Below are positions 45,600-58,700 of a stretch of 64,000 nt of DNA, piece by piece. A program made the translations under genes and the position numbers. The notes below the pieces were generated by a model. The model ran no database searches, was not told where the DNA came from, and was given only the letters and a program-made list of their open reading frames with translations. Within the stretch, counting starts at the first letter, position 1, and each line of letters starts with the position of its first letter. The DNA is taken from contig OZ316899.1 in NCBI GenBank assembly GCA_973895155.1, forward strand, positions 9,360,287 through 9,424,286. The letters are read 5' to 3'. This stretch comes from Marsupella aquatica. Taxonomy: Eukaryota > Plantae > Marchantiophyta.

Positions 45600-46320
45600 T
45601 AGATGAGGGGTCTGGTCCTTTTTGAAAGGAGTGTACACAGGAGCGAGTCTTGTACAGTCCTTTTACACTTAGTTCATGACTTGTGTCAATTAAACAAGTT
45701 CTGAAATCTGCTCTGTCAAGGACTGTGAGCCCTTGTCAACCATTTTTTTACCTCTTAGTTGTTCTTCTTTGTTAAGGACTGGGTGGCCTTCGTGAAGGAG
45801 TGGGTGTCAATTTTCAAGGAGTCCATGTCCATTGTGAAAGGAGTCTGACTCCTTTTCCAAGGAGTCTATTTCCTTTTCCAAGGAGTCTGACTCCTTTTCC
45901 AAGGAGTTCAGGTCCTTCTGAAGCAAGTGCATGTCCTTTTTAAAGGACTGATGGTCCTTGACAAAGGAGCACTAGTCCTTTGAAAGGACAGTTGGTCCTT
46001 GACAAAGGAGCAATAGTCCTTTTGAAAGGACTTTCGGTCCTTGTAAAAGGAGTGTTACTCCTTTCCAAAGGACTGTTCATTTAGGAGTGTTTGTCCTTTG
46101 GAAAGGGTGCATGTCCTTCTTAAAGTAGTAGACGTCTTCGAAAAAGGAGTCGAACAGGGAGTGCATGTCCTTAGAGAAGGAGTGATTCTCCTTTTTGAGG
46201 AGTGGGTGTGATTCAAGTAATTTCTCCCTTCTGCAAACAAGTCCTTTCCTTGGTCAAGTCCCGGGTCAAGTAGAGTATGTGCTTTGTAGTATCTGGATCT
46301 TGACTGTGTCCTTAAGGAGT
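45600..46320. repeat. AAGGA(G/C)T / GTCCTT-rich degenerate repeat region
   Basis: Repeated aaggagtc..tccttttcc units in both orientations. Confidence 0.75.
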
Positions 46321-46421
46321 GAACTGTGAATGTGCCATTCAGTACTTCCATGATAGCATACGTGCAGCATAAGATTTTAGCAGTTTCTAAATACTTAGCC
46401 TCTCTATTTGATTTGCTGCAG

Positions 46422-47126
46422 ATGGCCAAGAATGAGAAGTTTGTCACCCTCCATCTGGCCAAGATTGAATCCATGTGGGGACTTTGTGCTGGCTCTTATG
46501 TTTATGAAGGTTGTTCAAACCTGTTGAGTGATGGTAGACCCTGTGCTTCGGGCAAGCACAAGTAAAAATTGAGAAGGCAAGATGCAAACTCCCCAATGGG
46601 ACCCCATTCACGAGGCAGAACCACACATGAGTGCTGTGTTGATGGGGCTGGTACACAGATGTACTGCTTTGCTGTGCAGATTGGCGATGAAGTGATTCAG
46701 TTTAATGAAGAGAATGGGGAGAAGCTAATGGGTGTGTCTGGTAAAGTTTTTAAGGACGAGCTTGATGGCTACCCTGACAAGATCAGGAGTGCATGTACTC
46801 AAGTAATGAGTACATTGTGGACTATTACTTATGTGAAAGACAAAGATGCCTGTCGAGCACTTGTTGTGGCTAGGTCTTTACAGTCAACTAGTGTTATTAA
46901 ATGTGAGCCTAAAGTAGGACCTAGCCTCCCTGAGCCACATAGTAGTGTACATGTGATCATACCAAAGGAAGACAACAATCCTAAGTTTTTGAACTCGCTC
47001 AGCCGTAGTGACACTACTCCGGTGAAAGCCCACTTGGGGCCGCTCAGTAGACTTAAGGATGCCTGTGTGAATTTTGGACGGGAGCTATTTGAGTCCCTGA
47101 AATCTATGAAGATCACCTACGAGTAG
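46422..47126 (+). pseudogene. RPA1 C-terminal OB-fold-like (Zn ribbon) ssDNA-binding protein, one in-frame stop
   Basis: YEGCSNLLSDGRPC..YCFAVQIGD..FNEENGEKLMGVSGK resembles the plant RPA70 DBD-C pattern YxACP..C..YILQLQIQD..FQEAGEEIMGMSAK. Confidence 0.62.
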
Positions 47127-48409
47127 TATAGTGAAGTAGTTAGACAAAGTTGGAACCAATTACACTTGGATGTTTACTCCAATCTTTGTAAACTAAGACT
47201 CAAGAGCAATCATGAATATATTTTGAAGCGCGTATATTTTTCCCCACTCAAATGACTTTCCTGTGGGACATAAGTACTACCTTTTAGTAGCGGCTATTGA
47301 AGTAAGTTAGACAGTTTAACTCCACCTTGGGATGCGCTTGACTTCAAAACCTCCACCTTCTAGTATACTGTGGGACATAGGTTGCATTTTTACTCTTGCA
47401 ATGGTAAGTAAATATTCAACTCCATCCCATCCCCGCAGGGCACATATAATGGATGACAACTCCAGCCTCCTTTCTCAGGGTTGTAGGTTTTGAGTTCTCT
47501 TAGGTTGGACTTTTCCAATATGAAATCTCTACTGTACATTGTCCTGCTCTTTCTGGATCTGGAACAGGTAGACAATGAGAATACTAACCATTCTTAGAGC
47601 TGGGAAGTGGTCCCATTTGGAAGCGCATCAAAGTCTTCCTTAGTCCTTATGAACTAGTCAGGGATAGTTGATCCAAAAATGTTTTGGGAAATTGGGAGTC
47701 TTGAATGGGAAGGACTGTAGCTATGTTCTAGACAGTAATTACACAAACTCAAACATGAAGTCCAGATGATTGAAATTAATACATTCAAGTGATATAGCCA
47801 AATAGACACGCCACTTGAGACTTCTCGGTTGAAAACTAAGCTTGACAAGAGATGGGCCAATTAAAATGAACTTTATTGTGCACAAGGGATTTATTACAAA
47901 ACAGGTGCATCTTACTGCACATATATAGCGATTACTAACAAGAGACCTTTACTAAGTAATATTCAATGCTACCCTTCACTAGTGATATCCAATGCCTGCT
48001 TAGCCTTTATTGTATACTAACTGAGGACTATCCACTGATATGGTTTAACCTTCAGTGGATAGTCCTCAGTTAGTATACAATCATATCAGTGGATAGTCCT
48101 CAGTTAGTCCACCTTCAGGGAGCTCAAAGTCCTGTGGAACAACAATCCACATAAATATTAGTGACAGAAATAGTCAAGCTCACGCAGGGAAGAACAGTTC
48201 AGCAGATAGACTTTAGCCAACCTACTGTAGCAACTGTAATGTACATATATAAGTAAGATGGATTTTGGTCTTTTTAGCAAGAAGTACATGGCTATAATAT
48301 CTCCCAGGGCTCTAACTCTATACTCAGGAAAACCCTGAGGACAGTTGTTTAGGACATAAGGGCAGACTGGGTACTGGGAATTTAGGACTAAGGATTGACA
48401 AAAGTTTGC

Positions 48410-48900
48410 TAATTCAGGACTTGGGCCAGAGGACTCATTGAGTAGGGATGGCAGATTGAGGACTCAATCAGGGTGGAGGACTGATGACTCAGGGTAGAGG
48501 ACTGAGGACTAAGGATGGAGGACTGAAGGCTTGGGGAAAAGGACTAAGGACTCAGAATGAAGGACTGAGGATTTTGGGCAAAGGACTGAGGACTCGGGCA
48601 CAGGACTGAGGACTAGGGATAAGGACTGAGGACTGAGGGTTTAGGACTGAGGACTAGGGATAAGGACTGAGGACTGAGGGTTTAGGACTGAGGCAGAGGA
48701 CTGAGGACTCAGGGAAGAAACCGAGGACTCATGGCAAAGACTAAGGACTGAAGCCAACGGATTGAGGACTCCGAACGTTCGAACTGAGGACTCCGGACGA
48801 AGGAACTGAGGACTAGTGACCGAGGACTGAGGACCAACAACAGATAACTGAGGACTAGAGACAAAAGACAAAGGACTTCAAACGGAGAATAGAGGACTGG
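48410..48900. repeat. TGAGGAC (7-bp) degenerate minisatellite
   Basis: Repeated gaggact; reverse complement of 39040-39530. Confidence 0.9.
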
Positions 48901-48947
48901 TGATGGAGAAAAATGGTGAACACACCTCAGTATCCTCCTTCATATTG

Positions 48948-51900
48948 CTAGGAACCCAAGGATGCATATATTGCTGCCAGAGTCTCGGGCTCAAGGGTGT
49001 ACATTCTATATCGTCCCTTTCCTGCCTCACATGGAGTGACACCAAATCTAAGGTGAACTACTGTCTCAGCATGGGCGTAGCTCACGCCAGCTAGATCGTT
49101 CACCACAAATTTGTTATCTCGCCCTGGGACCTGTTGAAACCACACTGCCCTCAAAGCTAAATCACCCTCGTTAAATTCCTCTCCATACGAGTCCTTGAAA
49201 CTCTTCTTCACGGTGTGCAAAGTCTGCTCACATTGAAGAATGTAGAAGTCCACATTCCACTTGTTACCTATCTCAGCCTTCACTGCAAATAAGTCACCTT
49301 GTTGAACCAATTTGGCCAGCAGCCCATCCTCCCATTGGTACAGTCCTTCCCCCACTCCCATTTCTTCCACATCAGTTCTCACGTCACTTGGTAGGACTCC
49401 TTTCACCATGACGAGCTTAAACTGTCCAGCCCAACTTATATTCTCACATTGCAAAGGTTCATCATCTAAGCAATGAGGACAAAAACAACAAAGTTCTCTG
49501 ACCTGAAGGAGAGTTGATAGGCGGTTACTAAATCCATCAAAGCAGTGTAAGGATCGGGAACCTAGGATAGGATCACAGTCCCATTTCTTCTTGCGATTGA
49601 CAGCTCCCATTGGAATCTCCCAAAATAGGCGTCGAACAAGTTGGACGTCTCCATACTCCTTTTCTTGGCCCATAGCAAATTTGTCCTTGCAGAACAAAAC
49701 CACATCATGGGCATTCTCCAATCGATGTCCATGGATTCCCTTCAGCTGTTCTCTCTCAATCCCTTGCTTTATGTGGCCTCCAAGGGCATCCTAAAAGCAC
49801 ACACCATAGTACTCATCTTAGGAAATGAAACTTGGATGATGAATGAATATAGAACAACAAATTTACTATAGGGAACTTCAGCTTAAAACACAATCTGGAA
49901 TGAGCGGATGTACATGTAAAGTAATATTGCAACTTATAGTGACACCTTTTCCGTGCCCTGAAGCATGGAAATACCACTTCATTCGTGCACCAAATCTTTT
50001 GTAGTATCTGGATACATAATAAAAAGGTCTGCAAGCCTTGAACTGTGAAGCAGCCCCATCTGACCAGACCCAATGTTGCTCAAACTGAATTCCTTCCTCC
50101 CTCATCCACTGGTTATGAGCATCCATGCAATGTTGGACGAAGAGAGTGTCGTGACAATTGTCATCACTGATATAAAAATGATAATCTGCAATAATGTCTC
50201 GACCACCCTCCTCATCCAATGCCATCCGAACCGTACTTCCAACAGCAGCCTCCAGAGATTCCACACAATCTTCTCTATGCCTATAAGTGACATGAATCAA
50301 CAAAGTGACCTGTCTATTATCCCAGTGTTGACTCTGTATCTCATTTTGGATTTTGAACGTGTAATTTTCAGAGAAATCAATAGATGACACTATAGTTCCT
50401 CTAGGGAAAGTTTTCAAACAAAGTTTGAATTGTTCTGACTGCCAACGTGCTCTGAAATTATGCACAATGAATGTCTTCATTGTATTCAAAACCCGACTCT
50501 TGAATTCACCCATTGAAGTTCTCTTAAACACCATTCTCAACCGTTTTGACTTTTTTGTAGCACTCTCATCTGTTCCTTTTTTCTTCTCTCTCTTTTGCTG
50601 GGCTTTCTCATCTAACTCCAAATACTGAAATGTCTCCCACTCAATAAATTGCTTGTCAACTGGATCTAACTCAGATGTACACCAATCCAACTTGTTGACA
50701 CCACAATTCTTACAGGAACCCATGATACATTTCTTTCCATGCCACTGCTTCCCCTCAGCTCTTGGACAAAGAGCTCCATCTATCCAGCCCGTACAGATGT
50801 TATTGTTGTTCTAGAAGCTACACAACTCTGCAAAGGAGCATCAACTGATGTGCAAATGGGGCAATCACAAGAGCAATGCTTACTGTGTTCATGCTTCCTG
50901 AATTTGTTGATTGCCTCCTTCAAGAGGTCCATTTCAACATGTTGCTTACAGCAACAAACGTTTCTGTCTTTCATAGGACGAACGTAGTAAGGCTTCATAT
51001 ACTGAAAAGACCTGAAGCCTATATTAACTCCATTCTCGTCTCTGCTGCAAAACTCCTGGAATTTTAGAAAAAACTCCACCTGAAAAAGATGCAAGCCTTG
51101 CTTCAAAACATATTCAATCATTGTAAACAAAGATGCAGTAGAGTTCAAATTGCTTATTGATGAACATGAAAGCTCCTGTACCCTATTGTAAACCCTATTT
51201 GAATGTCATTGATAATGACAAATTAACAAAATCTAACCTGGGTATCCTCCAACCAATGCACCCCATGCTCCTCATACACATTTATACTCAATCTTAGTCT
51301 AGCCTTGTCCTTGGCGCAAGGAGAGATTCGAGTATTTGATTCCCAAAACTTTTCCACAATTCTTCGGACTTCAGCTGAAATTTTGTCGTTTCTCACTTTC
51401 CTTTCCCCCATTGGAAACCTTATCAAACAATCGGAATCTATGGACTTCCTCCTTCTTGAAGCTTTATATATGATTTGCCGTTTGATACCCAAACCCCCAG
51501 CCACTGAAGTCTGATACCTATTCACTACTGTGGCCTGGCCTGCCAATGTAACTGTCAAGATCTGCTTTGCAACTAGATGGTCTTTCCGCTTTGCAGTTTT
51601 CACTTTTTGCAAGCAATTCTTTAGGTCAGCAATTGCAGCAAGTATCGCTACATCTCTCCGACGAGTCCCAAAAACTGCAGGGAGGTACTTCTTCAAGGAA
51701 AGATGGAGCATAAACTTAGTGAAAAATAGCTTCCTTGCAGACAAATTAAATTTGTCCAATCTACTCAGGATGGATGTCACCGCCACAGACACCTGAGACT
51801 GAACACTTCGTGTTCTCCTATTGGAATTCAATTCGTCTTCTAAATCACCAGCAGACCCACATTGCCAAGCCTCTGTGCGTGTATTACCCTTTTTCTTCCA

Positions 51901-52434
51901 GTATGCTGCTCGCTTCCTTTGAGCATCTCGTGCTCTAAATTATGTTGAAGCAGAGGATTGATAGTTTGCTTGCCTCGAAGCTGAACTCTCCCGCTGCAGC
52001 TCTGAAGTTTGGCCATGCATGCTCTCACCGAGAAGTTGCCCATCTAAGGACCGAAGACATGCTTCTTGACGCCCTATGCGATTGCGGAGAGTTTGTCTTC
52101 TTTGTGTCAATTTGTTACATTGTAATTGTGTAGACTGTAGGATGCTAGTAGCTTGTGTACTTGCATTCACTATGATGTCGGCAGCCTCTTGGGAAGCCTC
52201 CGCATGAATTCTACTCGCTTCATTCTCAGCAGATGAAATCATTTGCTGGCATTTGTTTCGCACATCTTCCAACAAACCCTGTCCAGCCACATCGTTACTA
52301 TTACCACCATGTGCAATCGATTGTCCATCGGTGATCCGTTGCTGCCTATTACAATAGGACTTGCGTCTGCTAAGGTTTTGCCTTTCTGATCTCTCTCTTG
52401 CTAGGGCATCGTGGACTTCAGCAAGACTGGCCAT
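48948..52434 (-). pseudogene. Sola2-like DDD transposase with two introns
   Basis: IDFSENY..QNEIQSQHW..QVTL, SDDNCHD, WSDGAASQFK, ASGHGKGVT^DALGG. Introns 51080-51237 (GT-AG) and 49791-49937 (donor reads ATAAGT). Stop at 51940, frameshift near 50788. Confidence 0.85.
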
Positions 52435-53554
52435 CCGATGTCAGGCACCGCATCAAGTACTAGACAAAACTTGGGAGGTATTGAGCGGGATGCGGAGCAT
52501 CTAAGCATTCAGATTCTACCTGATACAAGGCCAATACTTCTAAACTTGCCTACCCATTTGATCCTGCGAGCACCATGGCAAAGCTCAACAATCACCCGAG
52601 GTCCACCAACGCTTCAATCATATTGCTCCTCCTATGGGCAATCTCCGAGATGCATTGCTGTAAATCAAACTTCCACGATGAATCATCAACTCCCGATCCA
52701 AAGCTTCAACTATCCAACTATGCCTCATCCCCAACAACTCAGCTCTCACATTGCGTGTGTATGGCGCAAGCTCCTTCGATGAGTAATCGACCACCATAGC
52801 CATCCCTAACCCCTAAGCCCTTCGCTGTTGGTGCGTGCCCGTCCCAAGACAATTCAAGCCACTTGTGCTTAGAACAAAGTCTGCGATCAATTTCAAACAT
52901 CGACTATGAGTCCTTGCCCACTTTAGTCCTTGTTGTCAAAAGCATCGACTATGAGTCCTTGTATTCAAACACACTGCGAGCCGCAACTTGCTCTATTCAA
53001 TGTCATGGGATCCAAGGAGAACATTTATACGCCGTCCTTGCTAAAGTCCAAGATAGGAATTACGCATCTAGACTGTACTTCAACTGGTCCAAATGAATAC
53101 TTAATGCATTTTTGATTGATATTCAAATCCAGCCTTTGATTTGGTCCTTCTACATCTTGGCCCTTGAGTGTAACACCCCCCAATTTATTGCAAAAATCAT
53201 GAGGACTCACTCCTTTTGGTGGAGACTTTGGAGATCCTTTTTATGTACCCCTCAATCATGCTTTCCATCGGTCGCTACATCCGGTTTTAGTGCCATTTCG
53301 GCGAGCGTCCCTGTTTGCAACCCCTTGAACTTCATCTTCTTTGGTCTCATTACCAGAACAATGTCAGGCCTGTGTGAATCTTCTACTACCACATGAGCGC
53401 TAGAAACGGCCTTCCCGCGCTTCATAGAAACCGTTTCTACATCTCCGCTAAGTGGGTCCGCCAACGAGAACTTACGCAATTCTGGACGAGAACTTACGCA
53501 ATTCTGGTTGAGTGGTTCCATTCCAACGAAGTTCCATTCCTGCAAAGTTCCATT

Positions 53555-53975
53555 CCGGCGAGGGTCGCTACATCCGGTTTCAGTGCCATTTCGGCGAGGG
53601 TCGTTGACATCCGGTTTCAGTGCCATTTTGGCAAGGGTCGCTGACATCCGGTTTTAGTGCCATTTTGGCGAGGGTCGCTGACATCCGATTTCAGTGCCAT
53701 TTTGGCGAGGGTCACTGACATCCGGTTTCAGTGCCATTTTGGCAAGGGTTGCTGACATCCGGTTTTAGTGCCATTTCGGCAAGGGTTGCTGACATCCAAT
53801 TTCAGTGCCATTTTGGCAAGGGTTGCTGACATCCGGTTTTAGTGCCATTTCGGCGAGGGTTGCTGACATCCAGTTTCAGTGCCATTTTGGCGAGGGTCGT
53901 TGACATCCGGTTCAGTGCCATTTTGGCGAGGGTTGCTGACATCCGGTTTCAGTGCCATTCGGGTGAGGGTCGCTC
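53555..53975. repeat. 37-bp tandem array, ~11 copies
   Basis: Unit CAGTGCCATTT(T/C)GGCGAGGGT(C/T)GCTGACATCCGGTTT; related units at 41980-42051 and 53270-53308. Confidence 0.95.
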
Positions 53976-54279
53976 AAATCCGACAGACGGCGAATGGCTC
54001 CAAGGTGAGTAGCATTCAAGAACACTACATCTTGGAGACCCTCGCCAAATTCCAACGATGCCGTTTGGATGTCGGCGAGGCCGCCGGGAGGGAAAAAAGA
54101 CCACACCAATAGTGTGATAACGTAAGCTTTTTTATTATTGAAAAATGTCGTACAAAATTAGTCCATGATGCTAGCCCTAACCTCATTACTACATGATGAG
54201 TTCAAGTCATGACATGACCTAGTGGCCAGTGGACCCTATCGACAATGCTATCCGCGATGACGTTCGGTGCCTTCACAAT

Positions 54280-54872
54280 CAAATATCACTAGAATAAAGC
54301 CCGTAGCCACTGTCCGAATTGTTGCTCGGCAATTTTTCTACATTGTCACACCAGAAGATTTGGGTTAACCTGTTCTCCACCCAGTCCTGGACTCTTCCTA
54401 GCACATCTCCATCGAAGAACTTATCATACAGATCCCTCTCATATATCTCCATCCTCTAGACATAGTTTGCCACCCAAGACTTGAGTGATGTAACTGACAT
54501 CATAGAGAGGGTATCAATAGGCAGAATTTGATGTAAGAGAACAAGGAACGTACAGGCGGTTCGATGACAATTTCAATGTCGGTTGTCGTCCATGTTTTCA
54601 ATGACGTCCTTCACCACTTTTAACGCTGCCCATCCCTTGGAGTGAGTCACGAGGAATCTCCATTTCCTACTAACTCTGGACAATATGCGCATGTTGTCGA
54701 TCGTCTTGAAGGTAGCATCATCATCAGTGCCATGTGTATTTGCAGACTCAAATGCATTTCTAAGTAGAGGCCAAACATGGCCCTCTATCAGCATATCCGG
54801 GAGGCCAGAGATGAGACTTTGCCTTTTTTCTTCTTCTACTTCCTCCAGAATAGGCTCCCCAACAGTCCCCAT
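54280..54872 (-). pseudogene. F-box-like protein, in-frame stops
   Basis: LISGLPDMLIEGHVWPLL..LSRVSRKWRFLV..WAAL; paralogous to 60730-61359. Confidence 0.65.
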
Positions 54873-55549
54873 ACTGAGAGCCGATCAAAATTAGCTTTCA
54901 ATTTCAGCTCAGTAATTGTCGCCGTAAACTTATCAAGGCATGTAGCGCACTTTTCATGATAACACCTCTTCGTGTATGATCCTTCCATGTTGGAGAGCCG
55001 CTTGAAGCAAGTTTAGCCGCTTGAAGCACCCGTGAGATGAAGACGACACCCAACACATTGAACACAACAACCAACCAACCAAACAAGCGGATGAAGGATA
55101 GAGAAAGTGCCCTCCTCTTTATAACGACAATGACATTGACATATTGGTTTCAACGGTCTCCACTTGCAAAGTTTACGGGTTGATCTTGACCCTGTAGGGG
55201 CTACACGCCGGTCGCGCAACGGGCGTAGAATGTCTGCCTTTGTGGGGAGGCTCTCCCTAAGCAATGAACAACAATGTGATTTCTGCCCAGTGCGATGAAT
55301 GTCAAAGTGTAGAAATTCAACCAAGCGCAGGGATAAGTGAGAAAGACGTTGAAAACCCTAACGAAGAGTGAAGAGGAAGAGGAAGAGTAAGGAAGAAGGG
55401 AGCACGTACCGCACATACCGCACATACCGCACCGCATGAAACTACATCATGGATACGGGACATCCCAACTATACTTGACAACGTACATCTTGTTAACGGA
55501 CCAAACAAGAAAGTATGCAAGGGTCTAGGATTTACGGCCCAGGGTACAT

Positions 55550-55590
55550 GTTTAGGGTTTAGGGTTTAGGGTAAACCCTAAACCCTAAAC
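55550..55590. repeat. Head-to-head plant telomere repeats
   Basis: G(TTTAGGG)3 T (AAACCCT)2 AAAC. Confidence 0.9.
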
Positions 55591-55769
55591 GGTCCAAATA
55601 TCAAAGACCCTCGCCGAGAATTGATAGTGAAAGACAGGAAGGATCTCATGTTGCCAAGTATTTTATTATTCAAAAAAGTCATACAAAATTAGTCGATGAT
55701 CTCTAAATTTAAACCAGGTGTGGCGTACTCTTGCGTATTCTATAAACTAAACCGATAATGACATGAAGT

Positions 55770-58700
55770 TGTGATGCCTAGCCAGAAATCACTAGGCCAG
55801 TTAAGTGGGGAAAATGGAGGTGTACCCTATAAACACATTAGTATAGTAACAAAAGCAAGGAAAATATAAACAATTAAGGGTGACTATGGAACCCGGGCCG
55901 AGGCCGGAGGTAAGGACGCCGGGGGAGAGAACACGATTAGGGTTAGGGCGCACTAAGCATCGGCGGCTAGGGGTAACCAATGGGAGGAAAGACCAAAGGA
56001 GGAGAGGGGTAAGGACCGCTCGTGAGAAATGGTGGCTCAATTGCAAGCACGAACTGGGCAGACGACTACGGAAGGCCAACTACTGTCAGTTGCTTAGGCA
56101 AGCACTCTGGGCGGGAGCAGATACCAACGATCGAGTCAAGGAGGGTATGAGCAACGTCAATCAAGCGGCACATTTTTGGGGATGCCTGTTCGAACGGGCA
56201 ACTGAGTACATTGGGACTTATGAGGACGAAGAATCGGAGAGAGCAACTCGAGAACGGCAGGAGCTCGCTCGACTGTGGGAGCTGCAGAAGTCTGCCTTCT
56301 TAGGAGGAGAACTCATCAAGGCCGAGTTCATGTGGACTCCTACTGCCAATCAGCTCGATGACCATTTGTTTTGCGAAGATAGAATCGTCGGCATTCGGGA
56401 AGCCATCAACTGCTGCAATGACGCGCACTGGGAGTTGAAGGGTAGCACGGAGGGGTGGACAAAGGCAACTGTGCTAGGAGAAACATCCACGGCAGCCGAG
56501 ATGAAGAGGAAAGGAAACAACAACGAAGAGGCCACCCCGGCAAAAAGAACAAGGTCGGCGACACCAAGGAAGCCAGCAGAGCAACAGAATAGGAGGCAAG
56601 GAGAAGCCAAAGAGGAGGAGGTCGATCCCATCAATGCCATTCCAACAAAGGATGACACCTGGAAAGGCTGGGCGGCAACCCTACCAGAGGAAGTGCAATT
56701 ATATTTTGCACGGGAGGAGGATGCATGCTTTACGGCCATGCAGACCAAGAAGTACCAAGGCTTCATGGCCGGATCCAGCTTGGAAGCCTTTTTAAGATTA
56801 CCATGGCTGAAGCCGGAGGTGCCGGACTCAGACTTATTAGAATTCGTGGGATCATGGGAACCCGAGACCAATTCCACGAGGGTGTATGGGAAGGATTTCT
56901 ATCTCACTCCCCGGGTGATTGCCGAGGTGTTTGGCTTGCCGATGGGTAATAAGACCAAGGTTGATACCAGGAAGACCTTACCTGACAAGGAGTTCTGGTC
57001 GTTCCCAGGACCATCAACGAAGAATGGCTTCTTCCGGAACACCTGCACCAGCCCGCACATCGGAGAGATGATCAATTTCTTGCGGGTGACCATGCATTGT
57101 AACTTGCCAAGGGCAGAGATCGGCAAGGCTCAGGTCTACCTAGCAGAAAGGCCAGACCCAAGCCGGGATTACAATGGGTACCTCCTCAACCAACTGAAGA
57201 AGATCTTGAAGGAGGAACAGCAGGTGATCGGCGTGGGAAGTGTGTCCCGGCTTGGCTATCACATGCCGCTGTTGTGCCGGTATGCCAGAAGTCAAATCTT
57301 TGCCCCAGTACTTCCCCTATCGGCAAGGGCACCGGAGGAGGTTCCGGAGTAGAGGCTGGCAACAGCAGAGCCCAACTAGCCTGCCAGTCCTACGATCGAG
57401 CAGGTGTTTCGGCCAAGGAAAGAAGACTTGCTGATGTAGCAATCAGGCATGCAGAATCTACTGAAATTGTTGGAGAAGGAGAGAATGGCACCGGCACCGA
57501 CAACGGCACTGGTACAGGGCACTGCCCCAGAGGCCGGCTTAAGCCAACTCAGGAGGGAAAACCCCTTTACCGGAGCCAACAAGAGAAGGAGGCCGGAACA
57601 CAAGCCGGGAGTTCGAATGTATGTGGGAGCCTCAAGCCCTGAATCGGAGGCAGAGCAGCCTAAGGCTCCTTCCCGCGGAAAACAGAGGGAGAGGATAGCC
57701 TGGAAACTAGAGGAGGAACAAGAGCCCGTGATCTGTGAGGCCGTTTTCACGGTAGGACCAGGGGAACAGAGGGGGAAGCCGAGAGTCCAAGCAGTGGAGG
57801 AGGCGATGGAGGACTACAACAATGATAACTCCGGCTATGGGTCGGATCATCATGTTCCAGGAGTAAGGACCTGTGGCCGGTTTATCCCCACGCTTCCAAG
57901 AGTAGTTCGAGGGGACCCCACCCAGCAGAGTAGCCCCAAGTCTCCCCCACCAGAGGTTGCTCCCCCGAGCTTTGACGGCATAAAGCAAACGGCACAAGAT
58001 TTTCAGGAGCGACTTAGGGAGGAAGAGAAAGCAGCCCTGGCTAGGGAGAAAGATTTACTAGGAGGAGATTGGCCGGAGGACATCAGGCGGCTTGCCAAAA
58101 AAAGAAGCAACCCTCTTGCCACCGTAGAAGAAATCCGCAAGGCGGCTTGGGAACAGAGGCCGAGGTGGTTGATGCCGATGACTTCTACTTACTCCACCTA
58201 TGCTAAAGATAGAGCCATGGAGTACGGGGAGATGTGTGGGGACCTGGCGCTCAACATATTTGGGGAGGAGTTGGAGCAGGGACCTTTTTTTGAAAGGGAG
58301 ATGTTGGAGAAGCACCGATTAGAAGAAGCGGTGGCTTTGGAGAGAAGCAAGAAGGACGAGGTCATCCGGCGGCTTAGGAAGATGGAAGCCGAGGTGGAAG
58401 ACCTGCAGGCGGCCAAGAAAGCCCAAGATGAGCTGCGGATTAAGCGGCATGAGCTAAACATCATGCAAGGACAATTGGATGCCGCTCAGTCTGGCAATCA
58501 GATTATCAAAGATAAACTGACTCGGACTCAAGGAGAGTTGGCCGGCACGGTCAAGGATAGGGAAAAGTGGAAGCAGGAGCTGAGGGACGTAGAGGAGGCC
58601 CACATAACCGCCAACAACCGAGCCATGGCGGAGACTCAAAGAAAGGAGAGGGCGTTGAAAGGAGAGCTCGAGGATATCCGCGGAGCCCTTGAGCAGAAGG

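Larger units (their letters stand above)
42052..53269 (-). mobile_element. Complete 11.2-kb Sola2-like DNA transposon with cargo genes
   Basis: TIRs AATGGAAAGCATGATTGAGGGGTAC / GTACCCCTCAATCATGCTTTCCATC (24/25); 4-bp TSD GGTC (42048-42051, 53270-53273). Excision restores a host repeat unit GGCAAGGGTCGCTACATCCGG. Confidence 0.9.

Noticed and set aside
46422-47126. Helitron inferred from the RPA-like gene
   Set aside because: No Rep/helicase or Helitron termini seen; the gene lies within Sola2-like TIRs.
19679-53269. Composite transposon or giant palindrome made of two inverted 5-kb transposase arms
   Set aside because: The right arm belongs to a self-contained element with its own TIRs and TSD (42052-53269); the left arm is a separate truncated insertion.
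53555-53975. CRISPR array
   Set aside because: The units are head-to-tail with no unique spacers, there are no cas genes, and the context is eukaryotic.
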